Below are positions 42,132 to 52,064 of a stretch of 64,000 nucleotides of DNA, piece by piece. Made by a program: the position numbers and the translations under genes. Below the pieces are notes generated by a model that was not told the origin of the DNA, made no database searches, and saw only the letters and a list, made by a program, of their open reading frames with translations. Every line of letters begins with the position of its first letter. The first letter of the stretch is position 1. Source of the stretch: an uncultured delta proteobacterium (lineage in GTDB: Bacteria > Desulfobacterota > RBG-13-43-22); assembly GCA_963790475.1 (NCBI GenBank), contig CAWBOS010000006.1:32001-96000 (forward strand). Direction: 5' to 3'.

Positions 42132-44099
42132 ATGGAAGACAAAAAAGTCATTTTTAATCCGGATAAAATAGAAATAACCGTGCCCCAGGGAGAAAATTTA
42201 TTAAGGGCGGCTATGAAAGCCGGGGTTCATATCAATGCTTCCTGTGCCGGTGAAGGGGTCTGCGGAAAATGCCGGGTGATTATAGACCGAGGGGATGTGG
42301 AAAGTGTAAGGACGGAAAAAATTACTCCGGAAGATTTTGCCTTGGGTGTTCGACAGGCATGTAAAACAAAAATTATCAGTGACTTAGAAATCACAATCCC
42401 CATGGAATCCCAGTTGGACCGTAAAGTGTTGGGCAGAGAAAGGCCCAGATCGGGAACCTGGCAGGTGATTTCAGAAATCAAGATCGAAGACTTGATTGTC
42501 GATGGTAAATTTCAACCCCCTTTTGAAAAAAAATACCTGGAAATTTCGCCACCTACCATATCTGACAATATAAGTGATCTTTCCCGGGTTATTCGTTCCC
42601 TAAAACAAACCCATGGCATTCATAACTTAATGGTTGATTTTTATACGATTCGAAAATTAGCTACCGTCCTTAGGGAAGGCAATTGGAAGGTAACAGTAAC
42701 GATTGGAAATCCTAGAAAAAAAAGTCGAAGAACTGAACTAGTAAATATTGAACCCGGGGATACTACCCATCAAAACTATGCCGTGGCCATCGATATTGGG
42801 ACAACTACTGTCTGGGGGCAATTATTGGATTTGAATACTGGCGATATCCTGGCCCAACAGGTCGAGTATAATGCCCAGATCAGTTACGGGGAAGATGTTA
42901 TCTCCCGTATTGTCTATGCCCAGAAACCGGAAGGTCGTCAAAAAATGAAAGACCTGGTGGTTTCTACTATTAATACCATTATCAAGGAATTACTTAAAAA
43001 ACACAAGGTGTCCCCGGATGGGATAACCCATATCACCTTGGCGGGCAACACCACCATGACCCATTTGTTTCTGGGTATAGAACCCCGATACATCCGGGAA
43101 ACCCCTTATACCCCTCCTATGAATTATATCCCGCCCATTCGGGCTAAAGAGGTGGGGATTAACCTGGGGGATCATGTTCAGGCCTATTTGTTTCCCTCCA
43201 TTGCCAGCTATGTGGGGGGGGATATCATTGCCGGGGTCATGGGATCGGGGATGTCCAGGCAGGAAAAATTGACCCTGTATATTGATCTGGGCACCAATGG
43301 CGAGATTGTTATCGGAAATTCGGAATGGATGACCTGTGCCGCCTGTTCTGCCGGCCCGGCCTTTGAAGGCGGGGGGATTAAACACGGGATGAGGGCCACG
43401 GAAGGGGCCATTGAAGATTTTAATGTCAATCCCAGCACCTTTGAACCCATGCTTCTGACTATTGGAATGAAAAAACCCAAAGGGATTTGTGGTTCGGGAC
43501 TAATCAATATCGTAGCCGGGTTGCTCGAATCCTGTGTTCTGGATCAAAACGGAAAATTCAAACATGGACTGAAAACAGACCGAATAAGAGAAGGAAGCGA
43601 TGGCCTGGAATACGTTCTGGCCTGGGCCCAGGATACCCAGATCAGCCGAGATCTGGTCATTACCGAGGTGGATATTGACAATCTGATCCGGGCCAAAGGG
43701 GCCATGTACGCCGGCTATATCACATTGTTAAGTGAAGTAGGTTTGACTATGAATGACTTGGAAGAGGTTATTATCGCAGGAGGATTTGGAAATTATATCA
43801 ACATTGAAAAATCGATTACTGTCGGGCTGCTGCCTGATCTGCCTTTAAATAAATTCAAGTTCATCGGCAACGGGTCCTTGTTGGGTGCCCGCCTGATTTG
43901 TCTCTCCAATATTCTTCGAACCGAGGTAAAAAGGATATTTAATAAAATTACGAATATAGAGTTAAGTGAAAACCATAATTTTATGAATCATTACATAGCC
44001 TCCCTTTTTCTTCCTCATACCGATCAAAAACTCTTTCCCCGGGTTTTTGAAAGGATAAATTGTATGGAAAAAAAAGTGAGTGAGGCAGAGAGGAATTGA
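42132..44099 (+). CDS. ASKHA/DUF4445 reductive activator of corrinoid proteins (RACo/AcsV-like)
   Basis: N-terminal 2Fe-2S CAGEGVCGKC...QAC; AIDIGTTT, GEDVISRI, GNTTM, DLGTNGE, SAGPAFEG, ICGSG, AGGFG. Confidence 0.93.
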   Translation: MEDKKVIFNPDKIEITVPQGENLLRAAMKAGVHINASCAGEGVCGKCRVIIDRGDVESVRTEKITPEDFALGVRQACKTKIISDLEITIPMESQLDRKVLGRERPRSGTWQVISEIKIEDLIVDGKFQPPFEKKYLEISPPTISDNISDLSRVIRSLKQTHGIHNLMVDFYTIRKLATVLREGNWKVTVTIGNPRKKSRRTELVNIEPGDTTHQNYAVAIDIGTTTVWGQLLDLNTGDILAQQVEYNAQISYGEDVISRIVYAQKPEGRQKMKDLVVSTINTIIKELLKKHKVSPDGITHITLAGNTTMTHLFLGIEPRYIRETPYTPPMNYIPPIRAKEVGINLGDHVQAYLFPSIASYVGGDIIAGVMGSGMSRQEKLTLYIDLGTNGEIVIGNSEWMTCAACSAGPAFEGGGIKHGMRATEGAIEDFNVNPSTFEPMLLTIGMKKPKGICGSGLINIVAGLLESCVLDQNGKFKHGLKTDRIREGSDGLEYVLAWAQDTQISRDLVITEVDIDNLIRAKGAMYAGYITLLSEVGLTMNDLEEVIIAGGFGNYINIEKSITVGLLPDLPLNKFKFIGNGSLLGARLICLSNILRTEVKRIFNKITNIELSENHNFMNHYIASLFLPHTDQKLFPRVFERINCMEKKVSEAERN

Positions 44100-44102
44100 A
44101 AG

Positions 44103-44855
44103 ATGAGTTACACAATTGCTTTAGCGGGAAAAGGGGGGACCGGGAAAACGACCATGGCGGGTCTTTTGATTCGCTACATGGTGGGAAAGGGTCTCAAACC
44201 GGTGTTGGCCGTCGATGCTGATGCCAATGCCAACCTGAATGAGGTCCTGGGTGTCGAGGCCCGCCAAACTATCGGAGATGCCCGGGAAGAAATGAAAAAA
44301 GGCGGCTTGCCGGGTATGACCAAAGATATTTTCATGGAAATGAGGATTCAGGAATCTTTGGTGGAGTCTGAAGGGTTTGATCTGATCATTATGGGCCGGC
44401 CGGAAGGCCAAGGCTGTTATTGTGCCGCCAACAACCTCCTGACCGAATTTATAGAAAAATTATCTCAAAATTATCCCTATATGGTGGTGGATAACGAGGC
44501 CGGCATGGAACATATCAGCCGGCTGACCACCCGGGAGATTGATGTCTTATTGATCGTTTCCGACAGCTCCCGCCGGGGCCTCCAGGCTGCTGTTCGAATT
44601 GGAGAATTGACCCGGGAATTGGGGTTGAAGATAGAAAAAAGATTAGTCATCATTAACCGGGCCGAAAAAGAAGATCTTTCTGAAATCAAGGATTGGGAAA
44701 CCTTACTGAATGACCAGGGTTTAACCCTTTTAGGGATTGTCCCCAAGGATGAACTGATTTATGAATTCGACAAAGAAGGGAAGCCCACCAGTACCCTTCC
44801 GGAAAATTCCCTGGCCCGGTCGACAGCCTTTAAGTTGTTTGATTCTTTATTTTAA
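44103..44855 (+). CDS. cooC: CODH/ACS nickel-insertion ATPase CooC/AcsF
   Basis: AGKGGTGKTT, VDADAN, GCYC, DNEAGMEHISR. Confidence 0.92.
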   Translation: MSYTIALAGKGGTGKTTMAGLLIRYMVGKGLKPVLAVDADANANLNEVLGVEARQTIGDAREEMKKGGLPGMTKDIFMEMRIQESLVESEGFDLIIMGRPEGQGCYCAANNLLTEFIEKLSQNYPYMVVDNEAGMEHISRLTTREIDVLLIVSDSSRRGLQAAVRIGELTRELGLKIEKRLVIINRAEKEDLSEIKDWETLLNDQGLTLLGIVPKDELIYEFDKEGKPTSTLPENSLARSTAFKLFDSLF

Positions 44856-44869
44856 ATTGTTTCGCTTAT

Positions 44870-45027
44870 GATAATCTCGTAAAAAGTTGCCGAAACCCCC
44901 ATTAAGTCATTCCGGTCCCGCATCAAGTGCGGGATAGACTCCAGTCGGAATCCAGTGTTTTTAAGTAATTATAATCTCCTGGACCCCGGCTTTCGCCAGA
45001 GGGGTGACGACTTTTTACGAATCCATC
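44870..45027. repeat. REP-like palindromic element, copy 2
   Basis: GATAATCTCGTAAAAAGT...GTCATTCCGG...CGGAATCCAG...CTGGACCCCGGCTTTCGCC...GGGGTGACGACTTTTTACGA. Confidence 0.75.
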
Positions 45028-45094
45028 TTAACAGACCCTTAATAACACCAGAAAAGACCTCACAGCTAAAACAATTCAAACCTGCAATGAACGA

Positions 45095-46297
45095 TTATCT
45101 TCTGCTAAAATCCGCCAGGGTCCCTTTATATTTTTCAAGCTTTTTCTCGTCCAGTTCGATGCCGATGCCCGGTCTCTCCGGAGGGATCAGGTCACCGTCC
45201 TTCCACTCGAAGGGTTCCTTGACGATGTCATCGAAGAAATCCCTGGATTTGTAAATGCTCTCCTGAACCAGAAAGTTGGGTATGTTGGCATCGATCTGCA
45301 GGGCGGCGGCGGTGATGACCGGCCCTCCCCAGACATGGGGGGCCATGAGCACGTAATAGGCTTCGGCCATGGAGGCGATCTTTTTGCAGGCCGTGATTCC
45401 TCCGCAGCTTCCCAGATCGGGCTGGGCCACAGCGCAGGCCCCGGCCTCGAAAAGTTTTTGAAAATCATGAATGGTGACCAATCTTTCGCCGGTGGCGATG
45501 GGGATGGTCGTACTGGCGGCCACCCGGGCCATTTCCTTAAAATTTTCCGGCGGGCAGGGCTCTTCCATCCACAAAGGGTCATATTTTTCAACCCTTTTGG
45601 CCAGGCGTCGGGAGACGGCCGGGGTGATCTGCCCGTGAGTGCCGATGCATATATCGGCCCTGTTGCCCACCGCCTGGCGGACCTTCTCCACAGCCCTTTC
45701 CGCGTGATCATACTCGGCCATGGTTATTTCCCAGGGGGCCAAGGGCATTCGTCTTAACCCGGCCTGGTGCAGGGGATCGAATTTGACCCCGGTAAATCCC
45801 GCCTCCACCATCCCGGCCGCCGTTTCGGCCAGCCCGTCGGGGTTGGTGAACCAATCCAGGGTGGCTTCCAGGAGATTGTCTTTTTTCAGGTCGAAGAGGT
45901 AGGTGTAGCTCCTGATCCGGTCTCTGAATTTACCCCCCAGCAGGTTGTACACCGGGGTGTTGTAGTATTTGCCGCAAATATCCCACAGGGCGATGTCAAA
46001 GGCGCTGATCAGTCCGACGGTCAGATAATCCGGATGTTGGGCGGTCAGGTTGGAATAAAGATAATGGTAAAGCGTTTCCCGGTTGATCGGGTCTTGGTCT
46101 TTCAGGTAAGTGTCGAAAATATTCTCCACCATTTTCTCGTAGCCATTTTCAAGCCCGTATAGGCTCCAGAGAACCGCGGTCTCCCCCCAGCCGGAAATTC
46201 CCTGGTCAGTTTCCAGCTTGAGAAAAAACCATAAAAATCCTCCCCAATTGGGGGGCTCGGTTTTTACAACATATGGCTTAACATTTGTCAGTTTCAT
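45095..46297 (-). CDS. Mandelate racemase/enolase-superfamily enzyme (DgoD-like dehydratase)
   Basis: ETDQGISGWGE, DIALWDICGK, PVYNLLGG, KFDP, GTHG, EEP, TGER, QPD, APH, PGIGIE. Confidence 0.92.
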   Translation of the reverse strand: MKLTNVKPYVVKTEPPNWGGFLWFFLKLETDQGISGWGETAVLWSLYGLENGYEKMVENIFDTYLKDQDPINRETLYHYLYSNLTAQHPDYLTVGLISAFDIALWDICGKYYNTPVYNLLGGKFRDRIRSYTYLFDLKKDNLLEATLDWFTNPDGLAETAAGMVEAGFTGVKFDPLHQAGLRRMPLAPWEITMAEYDHAERAVEKVRQAVGNRADICIGTHGQITPAVSRRLAKRVEKYDPLWMEEPCPPENFKEMARVAASTTIPIATGERLVTIHDFQKLFEAGACAVAQPDLGSCGGITACKKIASMAEAYYVLMAPHVWGGPVITAAALQIDANIPNFLVQESIYKSRDFFDDIVKEPFEWKDGDLIPPERPGIGIELDEKKLEKYKGTLADFSRR

Positions 46298-46327
46298 GGT
46301 CGTCCTTTCTTAAGATGATGAGAAACC

Positions 46328-47302
46328 CTAAAGACATGACCAAATCGTCCTTTTAACCAGAGCCCGGGCGATCGGGACCATATAACCATTGTGGGCCAAG
46401 GGTTTGGCTCCAGCCACGGCGGACTCTGCGGCCTCCGTGGCGATTTTTTCGTTTAGCGGTTTTCCGATCATACCCCTTTCGGCGTTGACCGGCCGGTATG
46501 GTTTTACAAAGACAGCGTTCAGACAGATTCGGGCTTCTTCGACCTTTTGATCTTTCAAGGTGATCGCCACAGCGCAGTTAACGATAGGAAAATCAATGGA
46601 CTTCCTAAGGGCGAATTTGCTGAAGGCGCTTCCGGTGCCAGGGGCCGGAGTCGGAATATCGATCTCCAGGACGATCTCGTCCTTTTCCAGGATCGTGGTC
46701 CCGGTTATACTCACCCGAAAGAAGTCTTCAGCCGGGACGGTTCTCTTGGTCGTCCCGATGCGGCTGTTGAGGGCGATCAAGGCCGGGGCGGTATCACTGG
46801 GGTGCACGGCATAGCACCCTTCTTCCACGCTGCCGCCGAAGATGGAGTGATAGCGGTTGTCTCCATCAATGGCATAACAACGTCCGCCGCCTTTTCTCAG
46901 ACAGGGGAAACGATTGTCCGGAGTTCGGTAGTACCAGCACCTTATATCCTGGCAGATATTCCCGGCCAGAGTGCCCATCTCCCGTATATGGGGAGAAGCG
47001 GTCTTTCTGGCCGCCAGAGACAGGGCAGTAAATTTCTCTTTCACCACAGGATGGGTGGCTATATCCTCCAGGCGGGTCAAGGCGCCTATCGTCAACCCCT
47101 CCGGGCCTTCCCGAATAAAATCCAGTCCGGGGATAGACTTAATATTGATGACCGCTTCGGGATAGTAGGGCAGGATCCTGTCTTTCATCTTTCCCAGCAG
47201 ATCGGTTCCTCCGGCAATGAGCTGGGCCCTTCCCTGATATCTTTGAAGGATTGAAACCGCCTCGTTCGTAGACTGGGCATTGATATGAACGAATTTTTTC
47301 AC
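46328..47302 (-). CDS. Xanthine-dehydrogenase-family FAD subunit with [4Fe-4S] insertion (PaoB/HcrB type)
   Basis: AGGTDL, IREMGTLAGN, RCWYYR...C.RKGG..C...CYAVHPSD; GTG 47302 after AGGAGG. Confidence 0.92.
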   Translation of the reverse strand: MKKFVHINAQSTNEAVSILQRYQGRAQLIAGGTDLLGKMKDRILPYYPEAVINIKSIPGLDFIREGPEGLTIGALTRLEDIATHPVVKEKFTALSLAARKTASPHIREMGTLAGNICQDIRCWYYRTPDNRFPCLRKGGGRCYAIDGDNRYHSIFGGSVEEGCYAVHPSDTAPALIALNSRIGTTKRTVPAEDFFRVSITGTTILEKDEIVLEIDIPTPAPGTGSAFSKFALRKSIDFPIVNCAVAITLKDQKVEEARICLNAVFVKPYRPVNAERGMIGKPLNEKIATEAAESAVAGAKPLAHNGYMVPIARALVKRTIWSCL

Positions 47303-47312
47303 GGATTCCCTC

Positions 47313-49766
47313 CTAAACCTTTCCCAAGGCCTTGAGGATTCGGTTTGGTGTAATCGGGAAGTCATCGATCCACACCCCAAGGGCGTTATAAACCGCCGGG
47401 CCGACCAGGGCAGGCACCACAGTGCCAATATCCTCCCCGATGCCCACTACCCCATAGGGGCCGTAACCCATGCCGGTCTCCACCAGGATCGTGTCGATTG
47501 GGCCTTCGATATCCAGGATAGTGGAGATCTTATAATCCAGAAGATTCCCGTTGAGCATAACCCCGGTCACCGGGTCGTAAATGACCTCCTCGGTCAAGCC
47601 CCGGCCCACACCCATATAGGTTCCGCCGTACTGCTGTCCGTTACAGGATAAGGGGTTGATGGCCTTGCCCACGTCATTGACATTGACCACCTTGGTAACG
47701 ATGACCTCACCGGTTTCAGGATCGACCTCCACCTCCATGAAATGGGCCTGACGACAGAACTTGGTATAGATATGCTCGGGATTATAAGTTCCGTCCTGGA
47801 CATGATATCCGTAAGCGAAGAGCGGGAGAGAAAAAGCGGTTCGTACACCCAGGTTCTCATTATCGCTCATGGGACCGGCACCGGTGGAGGGCCCGACGAA
47901 TTCGGCCAAGGTGATCCTTTTTGAAGGATCTTTCTTCAGAAAGATTACACTGTCCCGCATATCCAGATCTTCGGCTTTGGTCTCAGGAAAGAAAGAAGGA
48001 AAACTGCCCCGTTGGGTTTGGGCAACGGGACCGGCAGCAGCTTCCAGGATCTGCTGTTTGAGGATACGGGCGGCATTGCGAACGGCAAAACCGTTGATGG
48101 CCATATTGGTTGAGGAATCCGGAGTCATTCGGAAGAAACCGGGATCAATCCGGGGGTTATAGAAGACATCCGTCAGTTTCATCCCCAACTCATCGGCAGC
48201 TATGCGGCAGTAAGAATTCTCGGCGTCCACCCCGTTGTCACAGCCCATAGCCAGGATGGAGGCCGCGCCGTCATTTCTCTCAATGCGGATGGCCATCTCA
48301 CTCGAACCGCCCGAATCGTCCCATTCGTGGGCGAAGGTGAAGGCCAGCCCATGCATCCGGCCATTGGCCAGACGTTTGCTACCCGGCGGGTGCCACTTTT
48401 TCTCCCAGTCTATGGCCGCCTTACCATTCTCAATACATTCCCGCAGACTGTCTCTCACCACAAATCCGCGTTCTTTTTTTTGTTGATTCAACCATTCCGG
48501 GCCATGGCCGAAGGCCCCGTCATTTTTTAAGGCCACCTCCGTCGGGTCCAGATTCAAGGCATTGGCCATATGGTCAAAGACCAAGGTCTGGGTATGGGTG
48601 TTGGCATTCTGTTCACACCGGGTGGGGACATTAGGCCCCTTGTTGGTCAACACGGTCAGCATCTTTCCGTATAAATTAGGAATTCGGGTATTTTCCAGCA
48701 GGTGTTTAAGAAAATGAAAAACCGGCCATTGCTGATTAGCCAGCACGGCCCTTCCCTCAACCGCAGTAATGGTGCCGTCTTTTTTGGCCCCTACTTTGAG
48801 AGTATAGGTGCCTTCGTCCATCTCTCCGCCGAAAAAATCCTCTCGCCGGGTAAAGGTCCATTTGATCGGCCTCCCGGTGCGCCTGGACAGCAAGGCAGCG
48901 CAATAATGGCCGGCAAAATTCCAGTTGACCTGGCTCCAACCTCCGAAGCTGGCCCCCTGGTAAAGGCAATGAACTTGGATTTTGTTCATGGGAACGCCCC
49001 CGAACCAGGAAGCAATAACCCTTTTGGCAATATGGGGCCGCTGTTGTTTGACCCAGACTTCGGCCATATCGCCGTTCCAGCGAAAGACCCCGCAGGGGCG
49101 CTCAGGCCCAATCCAGGTATGGAGGCGTCGTTCGGAACGAAATTCAACGATCTGATCGGCTTCGGCAAAGCCTTTTTCAATATCGCCCTGTTTGATGTCC
49201 GAAAACGTCTCGCCCAGCAAAAGTTCGTTATAGTGATTCCCAAATGAGAAAACCTCCGGATTGGCCAGGGGTGCCTCCGGTTTCAGGGCCTCCTCCGGAT
49301 CCAGGACAAAGGGGCGGACTTCCCATTCCAGCTCGATGAGCCGCAGGGCCTGTTCGGCAATATCCTCCGTATCGGCTGCCACGGCCGCTCCGCATTCCTG
49401 CCCCTGAAAATAAACGATACCGGGAAGCACAATTTCGGCCTGTGGCACATGTCCGCCCAAGTCGGCGGTCTCGGGCAGTTCGGGATCATCATAGCGCAGA
49501 ATGGCCCGGACGCCGGGAAAATCCCGGGCCCTGGTCGTATCCATTTTTAATATTTTAGCATGAGGATAAGGCGAGGTCAGGAATCGCAAGTGGAGCATTC
49601 CGGGCAACTGGACATCCATGGTATAGTCGGCCCGCCCACCAGCCTTGTGAAGGCCATCCACCCGACGCGGGCCTCGCTGGCCGATATGGACATACTCTTT
49701 CCGGGGGTATTTGTCGGCCCCCAGGTTGTCGAACATCTCCTTCATTCGGGAGATCTCTTCAGACAT
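47313..49766 (-). CDS. Xanthine-dehydrogenase-family molybdopterin subunit, divergent
   Basis: RVDG..K, SPYPHAKI, GASFGG, TRRED, EVEVDPETG, DVGKAINP, GIGE. Confidence 0.93.
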   Translation of the reverse strand: MSEEISRMKEMFDNLGADKYPRKEYVHIGQRGPRRVDGLHKAGGRADYTMDVQLPGMLHLRFLTSPYPHAKILKMDTTRARDFPGVRAILRYDDPELPETADLGGHVPQAEIVLPGIVYFQGQECGAAVAADTEDIAEQALRLIELEWEVRPFVLDPEEALKPEAPLANPEVFSFGNHYNELLLGETFSDIKQGDIEKGFAEADQIVEFRSERRLHTWIGPERPCGVFRWNGDMAEVWVKQQRPHIAKRVIASWFGGVPMNKIQVHCLYQGASFGGWSQVNWNFAGHYCAALLSRRTGRPIKWTFTRREDFFGGEMDEGTYTLKVGAKKDGTITAVEGRAVLANQQWPVFHFLKHLLENTRIPNLYGKMLTVLTNKGPNVPTRCEQNANTHTQTLVFDHMANALNLDPTEVALKNDGAFGHGPEWLNQQKKERGFVVRDSLRECIENGKAAIDWEKKWHPPGSKRLANGRMHGLAFTFAHEWDDSGGSSEMAIRIERNDGAASILAMGCDNGVDAENSYCRIAADELGMKLTDVFYNPRIDPGFFRMTPDSSTNMAINGFAVRNAARILKQQILEAAAGPVAQTQRGSFPSFFPETKAEDLDMRDSVIFLKKDPSKRITLAEFVGPSTGAGPMSDNENLGVRTAFSLPLFAYGYHVQDGTYNPEHIYTKFCRQAHFMEVEVDPETGEVIVTKVVNVNDVGKAINPLSCNGQQYGGTYMGVGRGLTEEVIYDPVTGVMLNGNLLDYKISTILDIEGPIDTILVETGMGYGPYGVVGIGEDIGTVVPALVGPAVYNALGVWIDDFPITPNRILKALGKV

Positions 49767-50361
49767 CTTCTTTTCCTTCCCGCTCTTTAATAAAATCCTG
49801 AACAGCAATCGGATGCTGCGGGTAGGTGCCGCAGCGACAAAGATTGCCGGCCAATGCCTCCCGGATTTCCCGGTCAGTGGGATTTGGGTTCTTATCCAGC
49901 AGGGCCTTGGCCGTGACCACGAATCCGGGAGTACAATAACCGCATTGCATGGCATGGTGTTCGGCGTACTTTTCTATCAGCTTGGGATGGGCGGCAGCCA
50001 CACCTTCCACCGTTTCGATTACGGCACCATTGCATTCGATGGCCAGGGTCATGCAGGAGAGAATGGCCCGGCTGTTCATGATGACCGTACAGGAACCACA
50101 GGCCCCTCGATCGCAGAACATCTTGGCCCCGGTCAAGCCCAACCGGTCATGAATGACCTGGTACAGGGTCCACTCCGGTTCAACTATGATCTCGTAGGGT
50201 TGACTGTTGACAGTCAGCCGGATCAGCCCTTCCGGCTCGGGGACAGGTTCTGTCTTGTGCTCGGCCAGGACATGGATTTTCAAGGCTTCAAAGGTTTCCT
50301 GGAGCCGGGAACAATAAGGGCATTGGAAGCGGGCTCCCAGTTCCGAATTTTTCATATCCAT
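49759..50361 (-). CDS. Xanthine-dehydrogenase-family 2x[2Fe-2S] subunit with N-terminal C2H2-type motif
   Basis: CDRGACGSC...SC, QCGYCTPG, GNLCRC; N-terminal FQCPYC-x12-H-x4-H. Confidence 0.93.
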   Translation of the reverse strand: MDMKNSELGARFQCPYCSRLQETFEALKIHVLAEHKTEPVPEPEGLIRLTVNSQPYEIIVEPEWTLYQVIHDRLGLTGAKMFCDRGACGSCTVIMNSRAILSCMTLAIECNGAVIETVEGVAAAHPKLIEKYAEHHAMQCGYCTPGFVVTAKALLDKNPNPTDREIREALAGNLCRCGTYPQHPIAVQDFIKEREGKEDV

Positions 50362-50378
50362 AGTTCTCCCCATTCGGA

Positions 50379-51604
50379 TTAAATACTTTTCAGAGTCCTC
50401 AAAAATCGTGATTGTGTCAAACGTTGCTCATATTCCTCTTTAAAATACTTCAACGAATCCAGGACCGGTACGGGGACGGATTGACCCAGTCCGCACAAAG
50501 AGGCCTGCATCATAGCCGGAGAGAGGGCTTCCAGGGCCGAGAGATCTTCCGCCCGGCCTTCCCCATGGACCAACCGGTTGAAGATCTCCATCATCACCTC
50601 AGTGCCTTCGCGGCAGGGGGTACATTTCCCGCAGGATTCCTCGGCAAAAAAAAGAATATTTCGGAAAACCGTATCGATCATGTCCCGGCTCCGGTTAAGG
50701 ACGATCACCGCCCCTGAACCCAGTACCTGCTCAAAAGCCAAAGGGGTATTCAGCAGCTCGGGGGTAAGATCCTTCCTGAAGCTCCGCCGATCTGGACCGC
50801 TTTGATCTCTCGCGCGCCGGCCAGGTCCTCGACCAGTTCCTTTAAGGGGCTGCCCATGAGGAGCTCATAAACTCCCGGCCTTTCCACATCGCCACTGACG
50901 GAAAAAACCTTGGTACCTCTGCTTTTCTCCGTCCCCATGGCCCTGAACCAGCCGGCACCGTTCAGCATGATCCTTGGGATGTTCACCAGGGTCTCGACAT
51001 TGTTGATAATCGTTGGATATCCAAAGAGACCTTTCATTGGCGGGAAGGGAGGTTTATAACGGGGCTCTCCCCGTTTACCTTCGATGGAATCCATGAGGGC
51101 CGATTCCTCTCCACAGATATAGGCTCCGGCCCCTTCGACGATCCGAATATCCATATGATTCAGGAACCCGGCCTCTTTAACCTGTAGAAGGATTTGTTCC
51201 AGGCCATTCAACAAAAAATGGTATTCAGCCCGCAGATAAAGGTAGGCCCTTTTTGCTCCTATGGCATACCCGGCAATGGCCAGGCCTTCAATAAGAGAAA
51301 AAGGGTCCCCGGAAAGGATGGTTCGGTCTTTAAAAGCGCCGACTTCGCCCTCATCGGCATTACAGATCAGGTATTTTTCTTTCCCTTTTGTTTTTCGAGC
51401 CAACTCCCATTTCAAGCCACAACTGAATCCCGCCCCACCCCGGCCCAGAAGTTCTGAAGATTTGATCTCATCGATGACCGCTTCCGGGCTTAACTCCTCT
51501 TGACATCTTTTCCAGGCCTTAAACCCGTCTGCGGCAAGATAGGTTTTGAGATCTTGGGGATCAATCTTACCCACATTCTTAAGGACGATTCGCGTTTCCG
51601 GCAC
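50379..51604 (-). CDS. NuoF/HoxF-like FMN/NAD(H) subunit, split by a -1 frameshift at 50760-50764
   Basis: GRGGAGF, CNADEGE, GAGAYICGEE, INNVET; adding one C restores ILPPELLNTPLAFE and joins SCGKCTPCREG...LCGLG (408 aa). Confidence 0.88.
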
Positions 51605-51623
51605 GGTATTCTCCCTAAATATT

Positions 51624-52043
51624 TTAGGTATATTTCTTTAGGACTTTTGATAGCTTCTCTGGAGTTAAATGCCCATGAACATCGTCGTTGATCAACATGG
51701 CCGGGGCCAGGTCGCAGGCCCCGATGCAATTGGTCAATTCAAAGCTGAACCGGCCGTCTTTGGAGACTTCACCGGGTCCGATACCCAAGACCTCCTGAAT
51801 GCCATTGATAATCATCGGCGAATCCTGCATGTGGCAGGGGAGGCTTTTGCATATACGAATAACATACCGGCCCCGCGGCTTCAGGGATAAAAAGGAATAG
51901 AAACTGGATACCCCGAATATTTCGTTATTCGGGAGGTTCAAAGAATCGGATAATTCTTCCAGGGCGGTGGGAGACAAAAAAGACTCTTTAGTTTGTGATT
52001 GTTTCAATAATTCGAGCAGGTCTTGACGATTGGGTTCAGACAT
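51624..52043 (-). CDS. NuoE/HydC-like [2Fe-2S] subunit
   Basis: GVSSFYS, CKSLPC, CIGAC, APAMLIN. Confidence 0.92.
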   Translation of the reverse strand: MSEPNRQDLLELLKQSQTKESFLSPTALEELSDSLNLPNNEIFGVSSFYSFLSLKPRGRYVIRICKSLPCHMQDSPMIINGIQEVLGIGPGEVSKDGRFSFELTNCIGACDLAPAMLINDDVHGHLTPEKLSKVLKKYT

Positions 52044-52064
52044 ATGAAGCAGGCTCCCTCTATA

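Noticed and set aside
47313-49766. Aerobic CO dehydrogenase CoxL, linked to the nearby cooC
   Set aside because: Motif is PTRCEQ, not AYxCSFR/AYxGAGR; CooC serves Ni enzymes and lies in a separate convergent unit
50750-50752. TGA in the nuoF-like gene as selenocysteine
   Set aside because: The conserved C-terminus is in another frame; a one-base indel in the homopolymer explains it
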